A stretch of 60,867 nucleotides of DNA, the filler included, from Sphacelaria rigidula (taxonomy: Eukaryota), in NCBI GenBank assembly GCA_964200075.2. It is 4 parts of 4 records of this genome, joined end to end, with 100 filler letters (N's around TTAATTAATTAA, not from the genome) between each part and the next. Parts side by side here need not be neighbours in the genome. Positions count along the whole stretch, not along the records: positions 45,735 to 60,867 come from CAXNAA020001891.1; 3 more parts are not named here. The stretch is one strand, 5' to 3'. Positions 48,754 through 60,867 of this stretch are shown piece by piece. Position 1 is the stretch's first letter; each line of letters opens with the position of its first letter. The notes below the pieces were generated by a model. The model made no database searches. It was not told the DNA's origin and saw nothing but the letters and a program-made list of their open reading frames with translations. The translations under genes were made by a program, and so were the position numbers.

Positions 48754-49040
48754 CGAGCTGGGCCAGCTTAAAAGCTGCTAAAACTTGCTCACACCACAGC
48801 TTCCCCAGTTTTCCGAATGAACCCGATGTAAGCACATGACTGTAAAATGTAGACCAACCTGGTGACGGACGGCACTGCCGCTGAATGAAGAAAAAAATTG
48901 AAGAAAATGTACTGCATAATGTATGATCTTCTGCATTTCGATCATAAAAAGCTGCTGTCAAAATTTCAGCGTCCAGCTCCAATACCGCGCCGTGCGTCGC
49001 CCGAGCGAGATTTACACCGACTCTTGGCTAGCCCAGCTCG
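48754..49040. mobile_element. Tc1/mariner-like MITE (287 bp)
   Basis: TA|CGAGCTGGGCCAGC...GCTAGCCCAGCTCG|TA. Confidence 0.8.
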
Positions 49041-49533
49041 TAATATTATGCAGGATCGGTTCCATGTTCCTCCACCAAAGACAGTTAGTCCAGACCCACG
49101 GCTGGGCGAGAAATAACCAAAACAGAAAAATGGTCGTCAGGCGCTTTTAAGACCAAATGCTCAACCCTGTCACCATCAGGGATTGGTGGGTCATCTTTTA
49201 TTGAATCCTACGTTACTTTCACTAAAAAAATTAGTGGATGATGACTAACATGACCTACCCTCCGGCGGTCAAAGAGTTCTCCGACGGGAGGGGAGGGGGC
49301 GGGGGTACACTAACCCTTGCCCTAGCCCTAACTTTCACTAGGAGAGGGGGGGTGTCCTCATAATCTTGCATGTCATTCCTACAAAACCGGGACTGAGCAC
49401 GCCGGGTTTTCGCTACTAGGGTGGGGAGGGGGTTACCATGACTTCAGCAATTGCCACCCACGCGACACCGTCTGTCTTTTGATCCCTGCTTCATTTCACA
49501 CCTACCCTCGTACCCACTTTTCTCCTCATCTTC

Positions 49534-49969
49534 GGGCCCGTTTCAACGAGACACGGGAAGTGGGAAGCGAGAAGTGAGAACGCGCCGCGAGAGTGATGTT
49601 GTAGTGATTCTAACGCATTTTCTTGTGTTAATATTCAAGCTTGCGTTTCCTGTCCTTGCGATTGGTTGAGAGCTGATGGGCAACCAACTAACCAGAAGGA
49701 CTAGAGAAAAAAATACAATAAAAAACGCCAGAATCACTCTCAGCTTCGCGGCGCGTTCTCAGGGGGGGTTTCAACGAGACAAGAGCAAGAAAAGTGAGAA
49801 AGCGACGTGAGAGTGAGAATGATTCTGCAGGTTACATTTCGTTTTTTCACGTCCTTCCGATTGCAAACGCAGAAAACAAGAGAAAAAACACTAAAAACAC
49901 CAAACTCGCCAGAAGCGCTCAAATTTTCACCGAGGGTTCCCACTTCTCGTGTCTCGTTGAAACACGGTC
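49534..49969. mobile_element. PIF/Harbinger(Tourist)-like MITE with duplicated left end
   Basis: GGGCCCGTTTCAACGAGACACGGGAAGTGGGAA pairs with TTCCCACTTCTCGTGTCTCGTTGAAAC. A second left-end copy lies at ~49765. Confidence 0.6.
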
Positions 49970-49990
49970 TGGCTCACCTCGTCTCGTTAA

Positions 49991-50090
49991 CCCTTAGGCC
50001 GCTAGAGTAGCCCATCGGGATCATGCAGGTAAGCTTTTCAAGTAGATATTAAACCATATCAACAGATGACCTACTCTCGCCGTCAAGGGG
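49991..50090. mobile_element. piggyBac-like mini-element with perfect TTAA TSD; further decayed copies to ~51080
   Basis: TTAA|CCCTTAGGCCGCTAGAGTAG...CTACTCTCGCCGTCAAGGGG|TTAA. Confidence 0.8.
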
Positions 50091-51819
50091 TTAAAGCAGG
50101 CCCTTTCGGACCTCCTTTGCTTCGAGAGCTCAGGTGCCGCATTTATGGAATGATTGAGGAGATAACTAACGTACCCATGCGGCCAAACCCTTCGACCACC
50201 CGAGCGGGTCACCGTCATGTTGAACTCTTACAAGTGAAAGTGATGCCGATTCAACAGATGAACCAACCACCTGTGGGGGGGTTACTTCACTACTTCACCC
50301 TCTCGACCGGCATGACGAGAAGGATTACTTCACCTCACGACCAGCAGGGTGGCTGGATGGTTCTTTGACAAACATTATCTTCACAAGAAGAATGGATGAA
50401 CCCAGATCGCCCGAACCTGATTGTCATAAGGACTGAGCGTTTCACCGTCAAGGAAAATCGACCGGGTCACGCATGATGATGCGGCGCCAAACGAGCTAAC
50501 CTGGCAGTCACCGGGTGACGCCGGTCGACCGCGCCAACATCCGCCTCATTTGAATCGGCATCAATTTCACTTGAAAAACGACTACGACGATCCATGCTCG
50601 TAAACCACCCCAGGAGTCAAAAGATGAACCCTTTCGCCGCCAGAGTACGTCAGCTCCTGAATCGGCATCATTCTCATCAGTAAAGTTAGTCCGTGACCCT
50701 GATAACGTACTATGGCTATCAAGGGGTCAACCCTTACAAAGACCACGAGTAAAAGTCCATCTGGGTCATGCATATTTCTTTCAAGTGAAATTGATGCCAA
50801 TTCAACAAAGTATCTATTATCGCCTTCAAAGGGTTCCCCCTAGATTGTCAACGTGGGTCATTAGTGGAATCGAATCGTTTTCTACGTGAAAAAAAAAGAC
50901 AACGACCCCAATGACTAGGTGACCTACCCTGATGGCCGGAGACTTCAAAGGTTGATACCATGTGGGGCAGACGGGACCAGGTGACCTACCCTGATCGCCG
51001 GAGACTTCAAAGGTTGATACCATTTGGGGCAGACGGGATGGAGCAAGAGTCGCTCGTTGAATCCGCATCATTTTCACTTGAAAACTGACTATAGACGCCT
51101 AGACACCCGAAACCTGGCGATTAAAGCTGATTGTACTTGTAAGGCAAAAGAGTGTGAACGTTCTAAACTTGCTTCAGGAGCAGCAGTTCACAAACTTGAT
51201 ACACGAGGAGGGGACATGGGCATTGGCGAATTCACATATGGATTTCTTCGCGCGCTGAGAGCACTTCGGCCGGCTGCGTGGGTTGAACTAGTTGAACTGG
51301 CATCATCTTCACTTGAAAAACGAATATACTGACATGGCCCAGGCTCGAAGGTCAAAGTTTATGGATCTTCCTGGCATGTTCGTAGTGACTGTTGTCATGA
51401 ATATAGCACTGGACTATACTCTTGTACCATCTGTACTGACATTTCCTCACGAGTTGATGGTGTGATACAGGGTTCTACCCAGACCAGCGTCGGTCTTTTT
51501 ATACTCGTACCCTTGCAAACTTCATACAATTAAAATGAGATGATAGAGCTGGGTTGGTGGGAATGTAAAGAATCATATGCCTCATGATCAAAACATATCC
51601 TCGCAAAATGACAACAGACGGTGGTAGTTTAGAACAACACACCCGTCTACGGCCTTCCGCCGCTCTGCAGCCGTACACTGCGCGTATACTATTGTAACTC
51701 AAGTTTGGCCAAGAACAGCTGATAACAGCCTTCATTTCAAAGGTACTACTACTGTTCATACCGTACTAGTTGTCGTTCTCGCGGCGGAGACAGTAGACAC
51801 AGGGCGCACCGTACAAGAC

Positions 51820-52210
51820 AGTCCGTAGTCACGTACAGTGAAGTCCGTAGTCACGTACAGCATGGTACAGGACAATACACAACTGTACAGTCAGCACAGT
51901 ACAGTATACTGCAAGCGCAAAGGATGCTCAATATCACTGACAACATGCGATTTACTCAAGAATATAATGCAGTCCGTGGTCAAGTACAACAGTAGTAGGA
52001 AGTACAGTCCGTGATCATGCACAACCTTACAACAGTGCAGTCCGAAGTCGCGTACAGTACAGACAGTAGTACAGTCCGTAGTCAGGTACAGTGAAGTCCG
52101 TAGTCACGTACAGCACGGTACAGCACAACAGACAGTAGAGCCAGCACAACAGTACAGTACTGCAAGCGCAGCTGCTACTCGATATCAATGACAGCTTGCG
52201 ATTCACCAAA
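51820..52210 (+). repeat. Direct duplication (~250-bp offset) rich in GTCCGTAGTCACGTACAG
   Basis: 51820-51958 aligns with ~52073-52210. Confidence 0.75.
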
Positions 52211-55200
52211 ATCCTCCTTGTCACGATTATTCCAACGTTGACACCGTCAGGGGAAGTCCAGATGATCGCTCGTTTGGGGATCAGGGGAGAGACATCAACC
52301 GTCCATACTTACCCATGTCAGGTTTGTGGTAGGGTAAAGGGTTAGAGTACGGACACGATAGGACTACTGTGTTGCAGTGTTTACAGCACTTGCAGACATG
52401 ACTGCCACGAGACGGGTCCAGAGTTATCAGCGTCGAACAGACAAACACTTGTATGAAAAAACTGGAAGCTTCGACAAGAAGCAAAACTCAACGGTACCTT
52501 CGCGATACCGCATGTCTCCGACCGATACTGTTGTGACTGGACTCGACTGGTGCAACAAGACAAGAATATAATCTACCCCTATGCATTTGGACGCAGTGCT
52601 GTGGACCGTGACTCAATGGAGGGCATCGGTGCCTGTTTCAGGATGGGTTCGTGCGGGTTTGCGAAAAGACGAACGTCACTACTGTTGTAATGTAGGGTAC
52701 AACATTACAGCACTGTACATTACGGCGCGAGACGGAGCAGCTCCAGAGACTAGAGACACAAAAAATCAACATGGGACCCAAGCTTGAAGTGGGCAGAATC
52801 TTTGCCCCAAGCCATCACAAAGAACATGCGCTGTGTACTTTTTTACCATCAAGATATATTTGGTGCAGAGACCCGCGAAGGATAGTAGTGGTGTTGGGCG
52901 TCTCGTTTGATCCCGCAGATGATTTCTCGCTCTCTTTCATGAACACAGAAAATACACAATACCGTCGATTTGAAACAACATGGGCAAGAGGACATGGGGC
53001 TTAAAATATACATTCCTCTCCTGTGAACAACAAGCATGACCCGCCACCACCGGCCGGATTTTTCTGGGTACTCGCGGTCGTGTTCTCGGCGGATTGGTTC
53101 ACCGTGCTGTACGACGGTCTCCGAACGCTCTCGAGATATCGGCATCGCCACCCGCTACTACCCTTACTGCGTCGATAAACCGGTAAAAGGCGTGGAACAA
53201 CACAGACGGTGCGTGAACAGCGATCTGCTTGTTGAACCGGCTCGTGCCGACATGATGAGGTTTTTGCCTGTCCTTCCCCTGCCCGCCCCCTTCGACCCAA
53301 ATATATTTGATTTCGGTTGTCCAATGGAAGCGGCAAAAACAAAGCGGGAAATGCACACAGCTGGAAATGCCAGAGTCGGAGGTGTGTGACATGCTCGACA
53401 TGTTTGGCAATACTTCGACCCCCCCTCCCTCCCGAAGAAAAAAACACGCACACAGGCATTCCTCTTCCTTCGCCCTCCCGCGAAAGAGTTCGTTTTGGGC
53501 TGTTCCTTATGGCGTGATCCGCTGCTACAATGAGAAAGAGAAACCTTGAAATGTTCGCGATGGCAGCAACATGTGTACCCAGTCACTTGTAGCTCAGGTA
53601 GTTTCCCCATTGAAAACACAGTACATCAAGGATGTCATGGCGACTCAGTCGGGAAGACACCAGCAAGGGGAAAATCAAGTCCCTGGTGCAGGACGACGGG
53701 TAGCAAACACTGCAATTATTGGGCGTGCATCCTTGATTGCTCTGTACCGTCTGTACTGCTACGACCGTTGTCGGAGTACTATTACGATATTGTAGGTGGG
53801 ACACCCTTTACTTGCGTTTTCAGAGAACCCTACAGGAAACCGAGCAGCTCTCACATCAAGACCGCAAAGCCCGTCGCCAACGTCTCGCTGGGCGTGCTGT
53901 GGCACGCCAGCCTTGATCGATTGATCACAGTAGGTGACGAGGGGAACAAAAACCATCAGAACAGGATTAAGATTTGTGAAATCAAGAACACCTTTTACGT
54001 ACGAGTAGGGGAGCAGATATATCAAATCGTGGGTTCATTCATCTGTTCAATTTGTCTCGACCCGGGACATCACAGAGGGCCTGTGTGGTCCGTCGGTTGT
54101 GTTGGTCGTACGCAACATGTGTACTGTCTGTAGTGTGAGGTACTGTTGTGTAGTCTGGACTGATGTCTGTTTGACTTGTGTATATATGATCCTGAACACT
54201 AAAACCTATATAAAACACAAAAATTGCATGTCTCCTCTCTGTTTTCGTGACTTTTTTTCGATCCCATATTCTTGTTGTGGGACGCAAACCTCAAAGCTCC
54301 AAGAACACGAACACATACATATTCCCCGACGGCAATGCCACCGAAGCATCCAAACACAGCATTTCCGTATCCAACATAGATGGCACAAGCACGAACACAC
54401 ATAGGAACAACAACATATACAGCACTTTTCAACTCGGCAAACGGCTAAACGAAACCTCTCGTGTATGTTCCTCACCCTCTCATCAACAGCACACATACCT
54501 CTCCACAGCACCGTGAATATCAACACCCGATCCTTTAGCTACTCCATTCTCCATGTTAGCAGCAGCACACTCGCGATAAGGTCAGTGGGTCCAAGTCCGT
54601 CTCCACAGCTGCTAGGCTTTTAGTCTCCGTGGAAATGATCTCCCTGCCCACCACCTTCCGCTACACCCTGATGTTGGCACAGCAACGCGTCCGTGCTGCT
54701 GTGCCGTATGCTTTCTTTCAAGAGAAGCTACGCTTGCTGCACTTGTTTGTTACTGGCGTCCGTGCTATTTTTTTGCCCGTTCTTTTCCCACCGGATGGAT
54801 GAAAAGGGCTTGACACGCCAAACTAGCTGACGATTCCTCCTGCTGCTGTTGCTGCCACTGCCACCACGTGCCCACGGGTTATCCTTGTGTGTGTATATAT
54901 ATATCCTATACTCGATCGTGGCCAGGTGACATCAGCTCCAACCCAGTGGCCGCCCCCCCCTCTACTACAGTAGCCGACCGCCCTTTGGTGGGACGCCAAT
55001 ACTCAAAAATGGTCGGGAGTCGTTTGTTGTGACAAGCGAACACCAGGTCAAAACTGGAACTCCCAGTTCTTGACTGGAAAACGTTCTTGATGAACACCGA
55101 CAGTGCGCCGACAGCTTTGAAAGTGGCTACTAAACACAAGGCTGTTTGAGTGCGTAGGAAGTACACCACTCTCTCGCCCTCGAGTCGACCCCGTTTGTTC

Positions 55201-56461
55201 ACGTTTCGAATTGGACACAAATCGAATTTTTGAGGTTTTTCTGCTAAACTGTTTCTGTCACATTCGTTTTTGTGCAAACCCGTTGGTCACAAGCGATACA
55301 ACTAGGCGTGCGATGACAAGTATAGACCGCTGAATATACAGATATTCATAGGAAAGGCTGAACATTCTTGCGGAGCCATTGTAACGAGATCATGGCGTAC
55401 ATATATTGATATGAAAGAACATGTGTAATGAAGATATATATCATGATATGATCGCTTTTATGTGTATATATGACCATGATCGAATGGAAGAGAAAATGAA
55501 AAAGACACATAATATCCCACTAAGAAATAATATTTCCTTAAATAATATAGAGGATTTCAGACGACCAGTGGGAGACGAGTTTCGCTACAAGCAGACACCG
55601 CAGCAGCTACAAGGAGGTTGCATCTCAGCGACACACAAAGCAGATTGTTCTCTCTTGATATCGATCTGTTCACCAACGGTCACGCTACCCATCTTCGTAC
55701 TCAACAAGCGAGTAGAGTCGTTGTCGAAACCCGAGGAGGAGGGTCGAAAAACGAGACGCAGGTGTGCTACTGTATCCAAATCGCATCGGGTGATCGATGG
55801 GATAGATGTGGCGAAGGGTTGTTATGAAGTAAAGTAACTCTGTGATATTCGCACTTGCCTATACTACTGTGGTGCAGGTTTTATCGCGTGATTGTCGGTC
55901 GGGCTTGATGCTGTTCGTGTTCTCTTTTTGTTGGGAATATCCGAGTCTATGGACACGTTCTTTCCCCCTCCCACGCGATCTAGATACAACTGCTACAGTA
56001 GTAGACACGCTAGTAAATAGTACAGCAGCCAATCCGCAGAACCCGACCACATAATGACAAGTGCTGCGGTGCTATTAATACGTGTTCCTTCCTTGTGGAC
56101 TTTGTTTTGCGTGCGTATGTCTCCTAATTGTAAGATATGTGCCAACAGCGTTGGTTTCGATTCACCTTTGCCGAGACCATGAAAACATGCATGCAATCGA
56201 TGTGAACGATGTGCTCTCGTCTCAAAGATGGAACGACGATGGTGTTCTCTAAACACTACAGTCTGCGGTACAACTTGTAGTTGCACCGCATGTTGCAGCT
56301 GCAGTCAGCAGTCAAGATCAGCTCTTTTGGTCCATGTGTGTGTGTGTATGTGTGTGTGTGATCACGAGACGCTACACAGGGTCCTGATTGATTGGTTGGC
56401 TGATTGATTGAGTTTTGAACAGTAACTCATCTCTGAAGAACCCAGCCGTGTTCACAAGGTA

Positions 56462-57578
56462 CGAGCTGGGCCAGCCGAAAAACGACTTTCAGCTTGAAAG
56501 TGGATTTCCCACCTCAGTTTCGAGAGTTGTCCTTTGAGAATCGATATGGATTCATTTTTGAGACTGAGGCATTTTTGCGAAGAATGGATATTGTTTCCCA
56601 CCCCGTAGACCGACTCTAGTGGGAGCCGTTCAAAATTTCTGTTTAAAACTGCCGTGTTGGCCCTTCTTCGTCGTTTTACGCCTGAAAAGAGGGCTAGGCG
56701 GATGTTGATTCCTTGGAACGACTTGCTCTACTCAATGAGACCGTTCTACGGCAACTTTGCATCTCCCGCTGACCGCACTTTTATTTTTGGCCAAACACGA
56801 ATTTTCAATGAAAAATGGTCAAGCGAAAAAAAAACAGGGCGAAATTTTGATCGTCTGACTGTTTTTTACTGAAAATCCGTGTCTGGCCTGGTTTGGCCAA
56901 AAACAAAAGTGCGGACAGCGGGAAATGCAAAGTTGCCCTAGAACGGTCTCAACGAGTAGAGCAAGTCATTCCGAGGCGTCAACGGTCGCCTAGCCCTCTT
57001 TTCGGCCGTAAATCGACGGAGAAGGGCCTAAAAGGCAGTTTTCGACAGGAATTTTGAAGGGCTCTCATTAGAGTTGGCCTTAACTCGTGAAGAGGAACTC
57101 AATATGCAGTACGTATACGTTCTGTCTATTTTGCCCCTGCGATTCCTCATGCCAAATTTCAACGTACGACTCTCGAAACTAAGGTCTCAAATCCAGAATC
57201 AGTGCGCTGATCGCATGTATTCTTCGAGAGGCCGTACCTCTCGAAAAATGATGAATCAGGTCAAGATGAGGATTTTGATCGTTCCCCCGTGCCCTAACGA
57301 ATGCTCGCACCAAAAAATCAGCGACATTCGCTGGTTGTTTTGTGACGGGGTTTCCGTACAACCTTTAAGGATCAAGAGATCTCGGTACACCACGGGATTT
57401 GCTCGACAAGGCGTTCAATCAACGAGAAAACATCTGACCGGGCTGTTGAGAATATGGGTACTCTATACACAACTTGATGAGACGGTTAACAAGATGTGCG
57501 GATCGCGGCCCAATGTGTCAGTCTCGATGAAATATGGCTGTGTCAGCTGAAGTCCGTTTTTTAGGCTGGTCCAACTCG
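56462..57578. mobile_element. Tc1/mariner-like non-autonomous element hosting a nested MITE
   Basis: TA|CGAGCTGGGCCAGCCGAAAAACGACTTTCAGCT ... AGCTGAAGTCCGTTTTTTAGGCTGGTCCAACTCG|TA. Confidence 0.75.
56608..57079. mobile_element. Long-TIR PIF/Harbinger-like MITE, copy 2
   Basis: ~200-bp imperfect arms. Ends GACCGACTCTA.../...TAGAGTTGGCC with GTA and TTA flanks, consistent with a 3-bp TTA TSD. Confidence 0.8.
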
Positions 57579-59099
57579 TAAGCGTACCCAACGACGGACT
57601 CGCCAGCTAAATAAAAGTGGAACACACAAAACGATCTATAAAATAAACCGAGGGAAACTCAAACAAAAAAATAAAAGAGCAAGAGAAGAGCTAGGAAAAT
57701 CTAAATGTGTTTGTTAGACCAATTATTATGATGGGAAGATGTTGAGCCAATGTTTCTGGGTTCTTGGGGAGTCTCCGATGCCCAGAAATAGTGACGTCCA
57801 ATATGGGACAGGAAAGGATTGATAAGTCTGATGAAAATAATGGCAAGAGGCAAAAATAACAGAAACCCGTCAGAAGTGGACCCAGTTCCGACAGGTGTGT
57901 GCCATGTTTGCCTCCTCGCAGAATAGTTTTTATATATTCGGCACCATACCCATCTGGCCATCCGGCCCACACTACTCACCACCCACACCGAAGCGTCACA
58001 CATTTCGTGCCCAGACTCATATTTCCTGTGCTGTAGCTAACACTGTAATGTAGTGCGTTTGAACCCCGCGAAGACGGTTTGATTTCCGCTATGGATTGCC
58101 TGCGCTGCTATACTCTTACTGTGTTTCGTTTGATACGATACTTTTAGTCGGCACGGAGTGCTGTCTACACATTGCTGAAAACGTCACGGTTTGCTGGTTG
58201 TTGTGTCTTGTGCAATAGGAACAAGGCGTTTCGTGCCCATACCCATCATTTCCGTGCTGCAGTCGTCGCTGTACTGTGATGCAGTTCAACCCTACGAATA
58301 CGATTTGATCTTCCCCGGAGATTGCCTAAGCTGCTGCTACACGCTGCTGTGGTCTGGTCTTTACGGAATTTGGATGGGAACCAAGCGCTATCTATTCAAG
58401 GTTTTAGAAAGTCACACGTGATGGCTATACGGCCGTTTTGTCTTCTTTGCGTGCTGTTGCACAGGTTCAACACTCCTCATTTCCGAATCTATGCCGTATT
58501 GGACGTCTATAATTCTCCTTCACGTACTTCCGAATCCCCAAAACTAGGAAAAAGTGTTGACGAAGAATGTACGCTCAAACATTTCCCGTAGTGGCTGGTC
58601 TTGTGTATAGAAATAGATTGAGTAGAAATGACGGGCCTCAGCAGCATGACTTCAGGTGAAGAAAGCCTTGCGCAAGAAAAGCTTATGCACCCACCCACAA
58701 CACAAAACAAAACAGAAAGATCGTGGGAGCAGAATGCGGCTCAGCTATTTCAGCCAAACTGTTTGGATAGAATTTTCGCCCATGAGCCCTACGGAAGCAA
58801 GGCACAGGCACGTCTACTTGTATAACACAGCGAGAGAGAAGAGATGGAGAGGACAGAGAAGACAGAGAAGACGGGAACTATGGAAGCGATGAACCCGAGG
58901 ACACAGGACAGCACATACAGAAGCACGACCGGGGAATACTGTACCGCAAGACCACAGGCCAAGGAAAAGGTCAACACCTGATATAAGAAGAAAGGGGTAC
59001 ACCAGTTTCTATGTCAGCCCAGCTTCCCGCACTCATTGGTGGTCAAGCACAGATCGGGACACTCTCTCGACCATTTCTACCCTCGATTCCACGCGAGCT

Positions 59100-59975
59100 G
59101 CTGCGTTTGTTGCTATGTCAGCGGTGGCAGCTCTCCGACTGGCGGCTCTCGATGCAGCAGCCGTTCATGTGTGGCGAAGGTCCGATTTGAGTTTGCCCTC
59201 GCGTCGTCATGCCTCCTCGAAGTCTCCCGTCCCTTTCTCGACTCCAAGATGCCAGTTGCCCATGTTCTTCGCCGCAGTGACCGAATCGTGTGCAGCTTTG
59301 ACCTCCACACCGTAGACAAACCGGTTCCGTCGCGCTCCTTTGCCGGGAAGAGCCTCTAGTGCACGTCGGTTCTCTCCGAAACTGTCCCCACGGTGGGGGG
59401 AGCGACGAGCTTCCTTGGGCCCTCGTGAGGCTAACCGTCCGAACATGTCGCACTTTGGAAGTCGTGCTTTGTCCTCCTGCCGTACAAGCTACCCCGAGAA
59501 CGAGAGTTGACGCGTGCGAATGGTCGTCTCGGTACGTTCGCAGTTGGTCATCTCGAGCACATCTCTGTACGAAAGAGTCTTGTAGCCAGTTCGCTGCTTC
59601 CTGCGGGATCCAACCACTCGCAGCAGAAGCTGGTAGTGGGCAGCGCGCTGAATCTCGAAATCCTTGAGACGCAGCGTCCATGTAGCACATTCGTACAGCA
59701 TAGCTTCCACCACCTCCCGCTTCAAGCAGGCGGATTTTCAAAGGTAGCTGGCTGGGCGTGGGACGGTCGTCGAGTTGGGACGTATACACTCGAAGGGGTG
59801 CCCACGCCGCGCTGATGCGGCGGTTGATCTCGATGGAAATATTTACATCCGCACCCCCAGGGTGAATAAACTCGGTCGTGTCCCCATACCGTTGTCCTGC
59901 CGCCCTCATGTGCAGTGCAGTCTCGTTGGAGCTGGGTACTGACCACAGGGTTAAGGACTCTCTCTTTGTCTCGCA
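59100..59975 (-). mobile_element. 5'-truncated, frameshifted RTE-clade LINE (post-RT C-terminal region)
   Basis: EFIHPGG..NISIEINRRISAAW...LKIRLL../EVVEAMLYECATWTL...HYQLLLRVVG...LSYRDVLEMT...TIRTRQLSFSG...RLPK..MFG follows the typical RTE ORF C-terminus. Confidence 0.88.
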
Positions 59976-60867
59976 CGTGCACAAACAATCCGTCTCATTC
60001 TTCGCCCGTTCACACCATCAGTAGGTCACTGAGATTCACCCTCGAAATTACGTATATGCACCGTTCGCTGGGGTGGTGCTGTCTTCCGTGCGGAGATCCA
60101 CAGTCCCGGCTTGAAAAACTTGAGGAGTATTTACAGCTTCGTGTCCGTGTGCATGTTAACCTTCCTCGCGCCCGCAATAGCAAAGAACGGTACCAATCAT
60201 GAGTACTATTACCCCTGTACCCACTTAGGACCATTCACTTAGGACTATTGTTAACGGCAGGTGTTTTATACTCTTGAAATTTTTCCATTCGCACTTGATA
60301 ATTTTGCGCTTGTGAAAAAAGGGGGCGCGGGGCGGGCGGGGGGAGGTACTTTTCATTATCAGCGGTTTGGGGCTCACCACGTCCGTTTTCCACATCCCAT
60401 CGCACCGCGTCACGCCAGCAGCCAAAGGGCTTACAGATATCATACTCACCACGAAGGGCGGCATAAATCATATCTACGTGCAGTACAGTCAGTCATGGTG
60501 TGTGCGACAGAATAGAAACTGTGTGTGCAACAGAATCTTGATGACGAAGATTTTTGAGAGACTTCGAATCCCGAATCTTTCTTCGGAGTTTACCAGTCCT
60601 CGTCGCCGAATGCCTGAGAACGTGTGAGTTATTAACCAAAGAATTACGGGAGAAAAACGTTAACAGGCTGCAGTAGTGGGTATCATCCAACATATACGAT
60701 CATAAAATGCGGGGCAGGTAGGTATTGGGGTAAATGTGATTTTTTGAAATCACGAAGTCGTCCCGAGGAAGGGGCAGGCGGGCGGGCGGGGGGGGGGGGG
60801 GGGGGGGGGGCATTATAAGTGGCGAGGAAAGAAAGATAGGGGGGGAACAGACCACTTCTTGCGGGGA

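Noticed and set aside
52771-54133. Cluster of 100-195-aa overlapping ORFs
   Set aside because: No recognisable motif or consistent frame or splice pattern; may be very old coding debris but cannot be supported.

Overview
Eukaryotic, transposon-dense DNA, most likely from a brown alga (Phaeophyceae). That assignment is inferred from the EsV-1-7 repeat gene and from spliceosomal introns. The window is four contigs joined by three artificial 100-nt spacers (44 N + TTAATTAATTAA + 44 N), so adjacency across the spacers is unproven. Main content: (1) a ~11-kb Mutator/MULE element (4221 to beyond 15146) with ~99% identical long TIRs, a multi-exon frameshifted DDE transposase on + and remnants of a second, convergent gene on -; (2) one long intact ORF (42445-44577) with 12 tandem 38-aa EsV-1-7 C-C-C-H repeats, followed ~260 bp downstream by CAATATATATTG palindromes phased at 42-43 bp; (3) many non-autonomous elements, several nested: a tRNA-derived SINE, TTAA-specific piggyBac-like mini-elements in chains, hAT-like, Tc1/mariner-like and PIF/Harbinger-like MITEs, and two RTE-type LINE 3' fragments. 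Almost all other ORFs in the track look spurious. All family assignments come from motifs and terminal structure read by eye; no database search was run.
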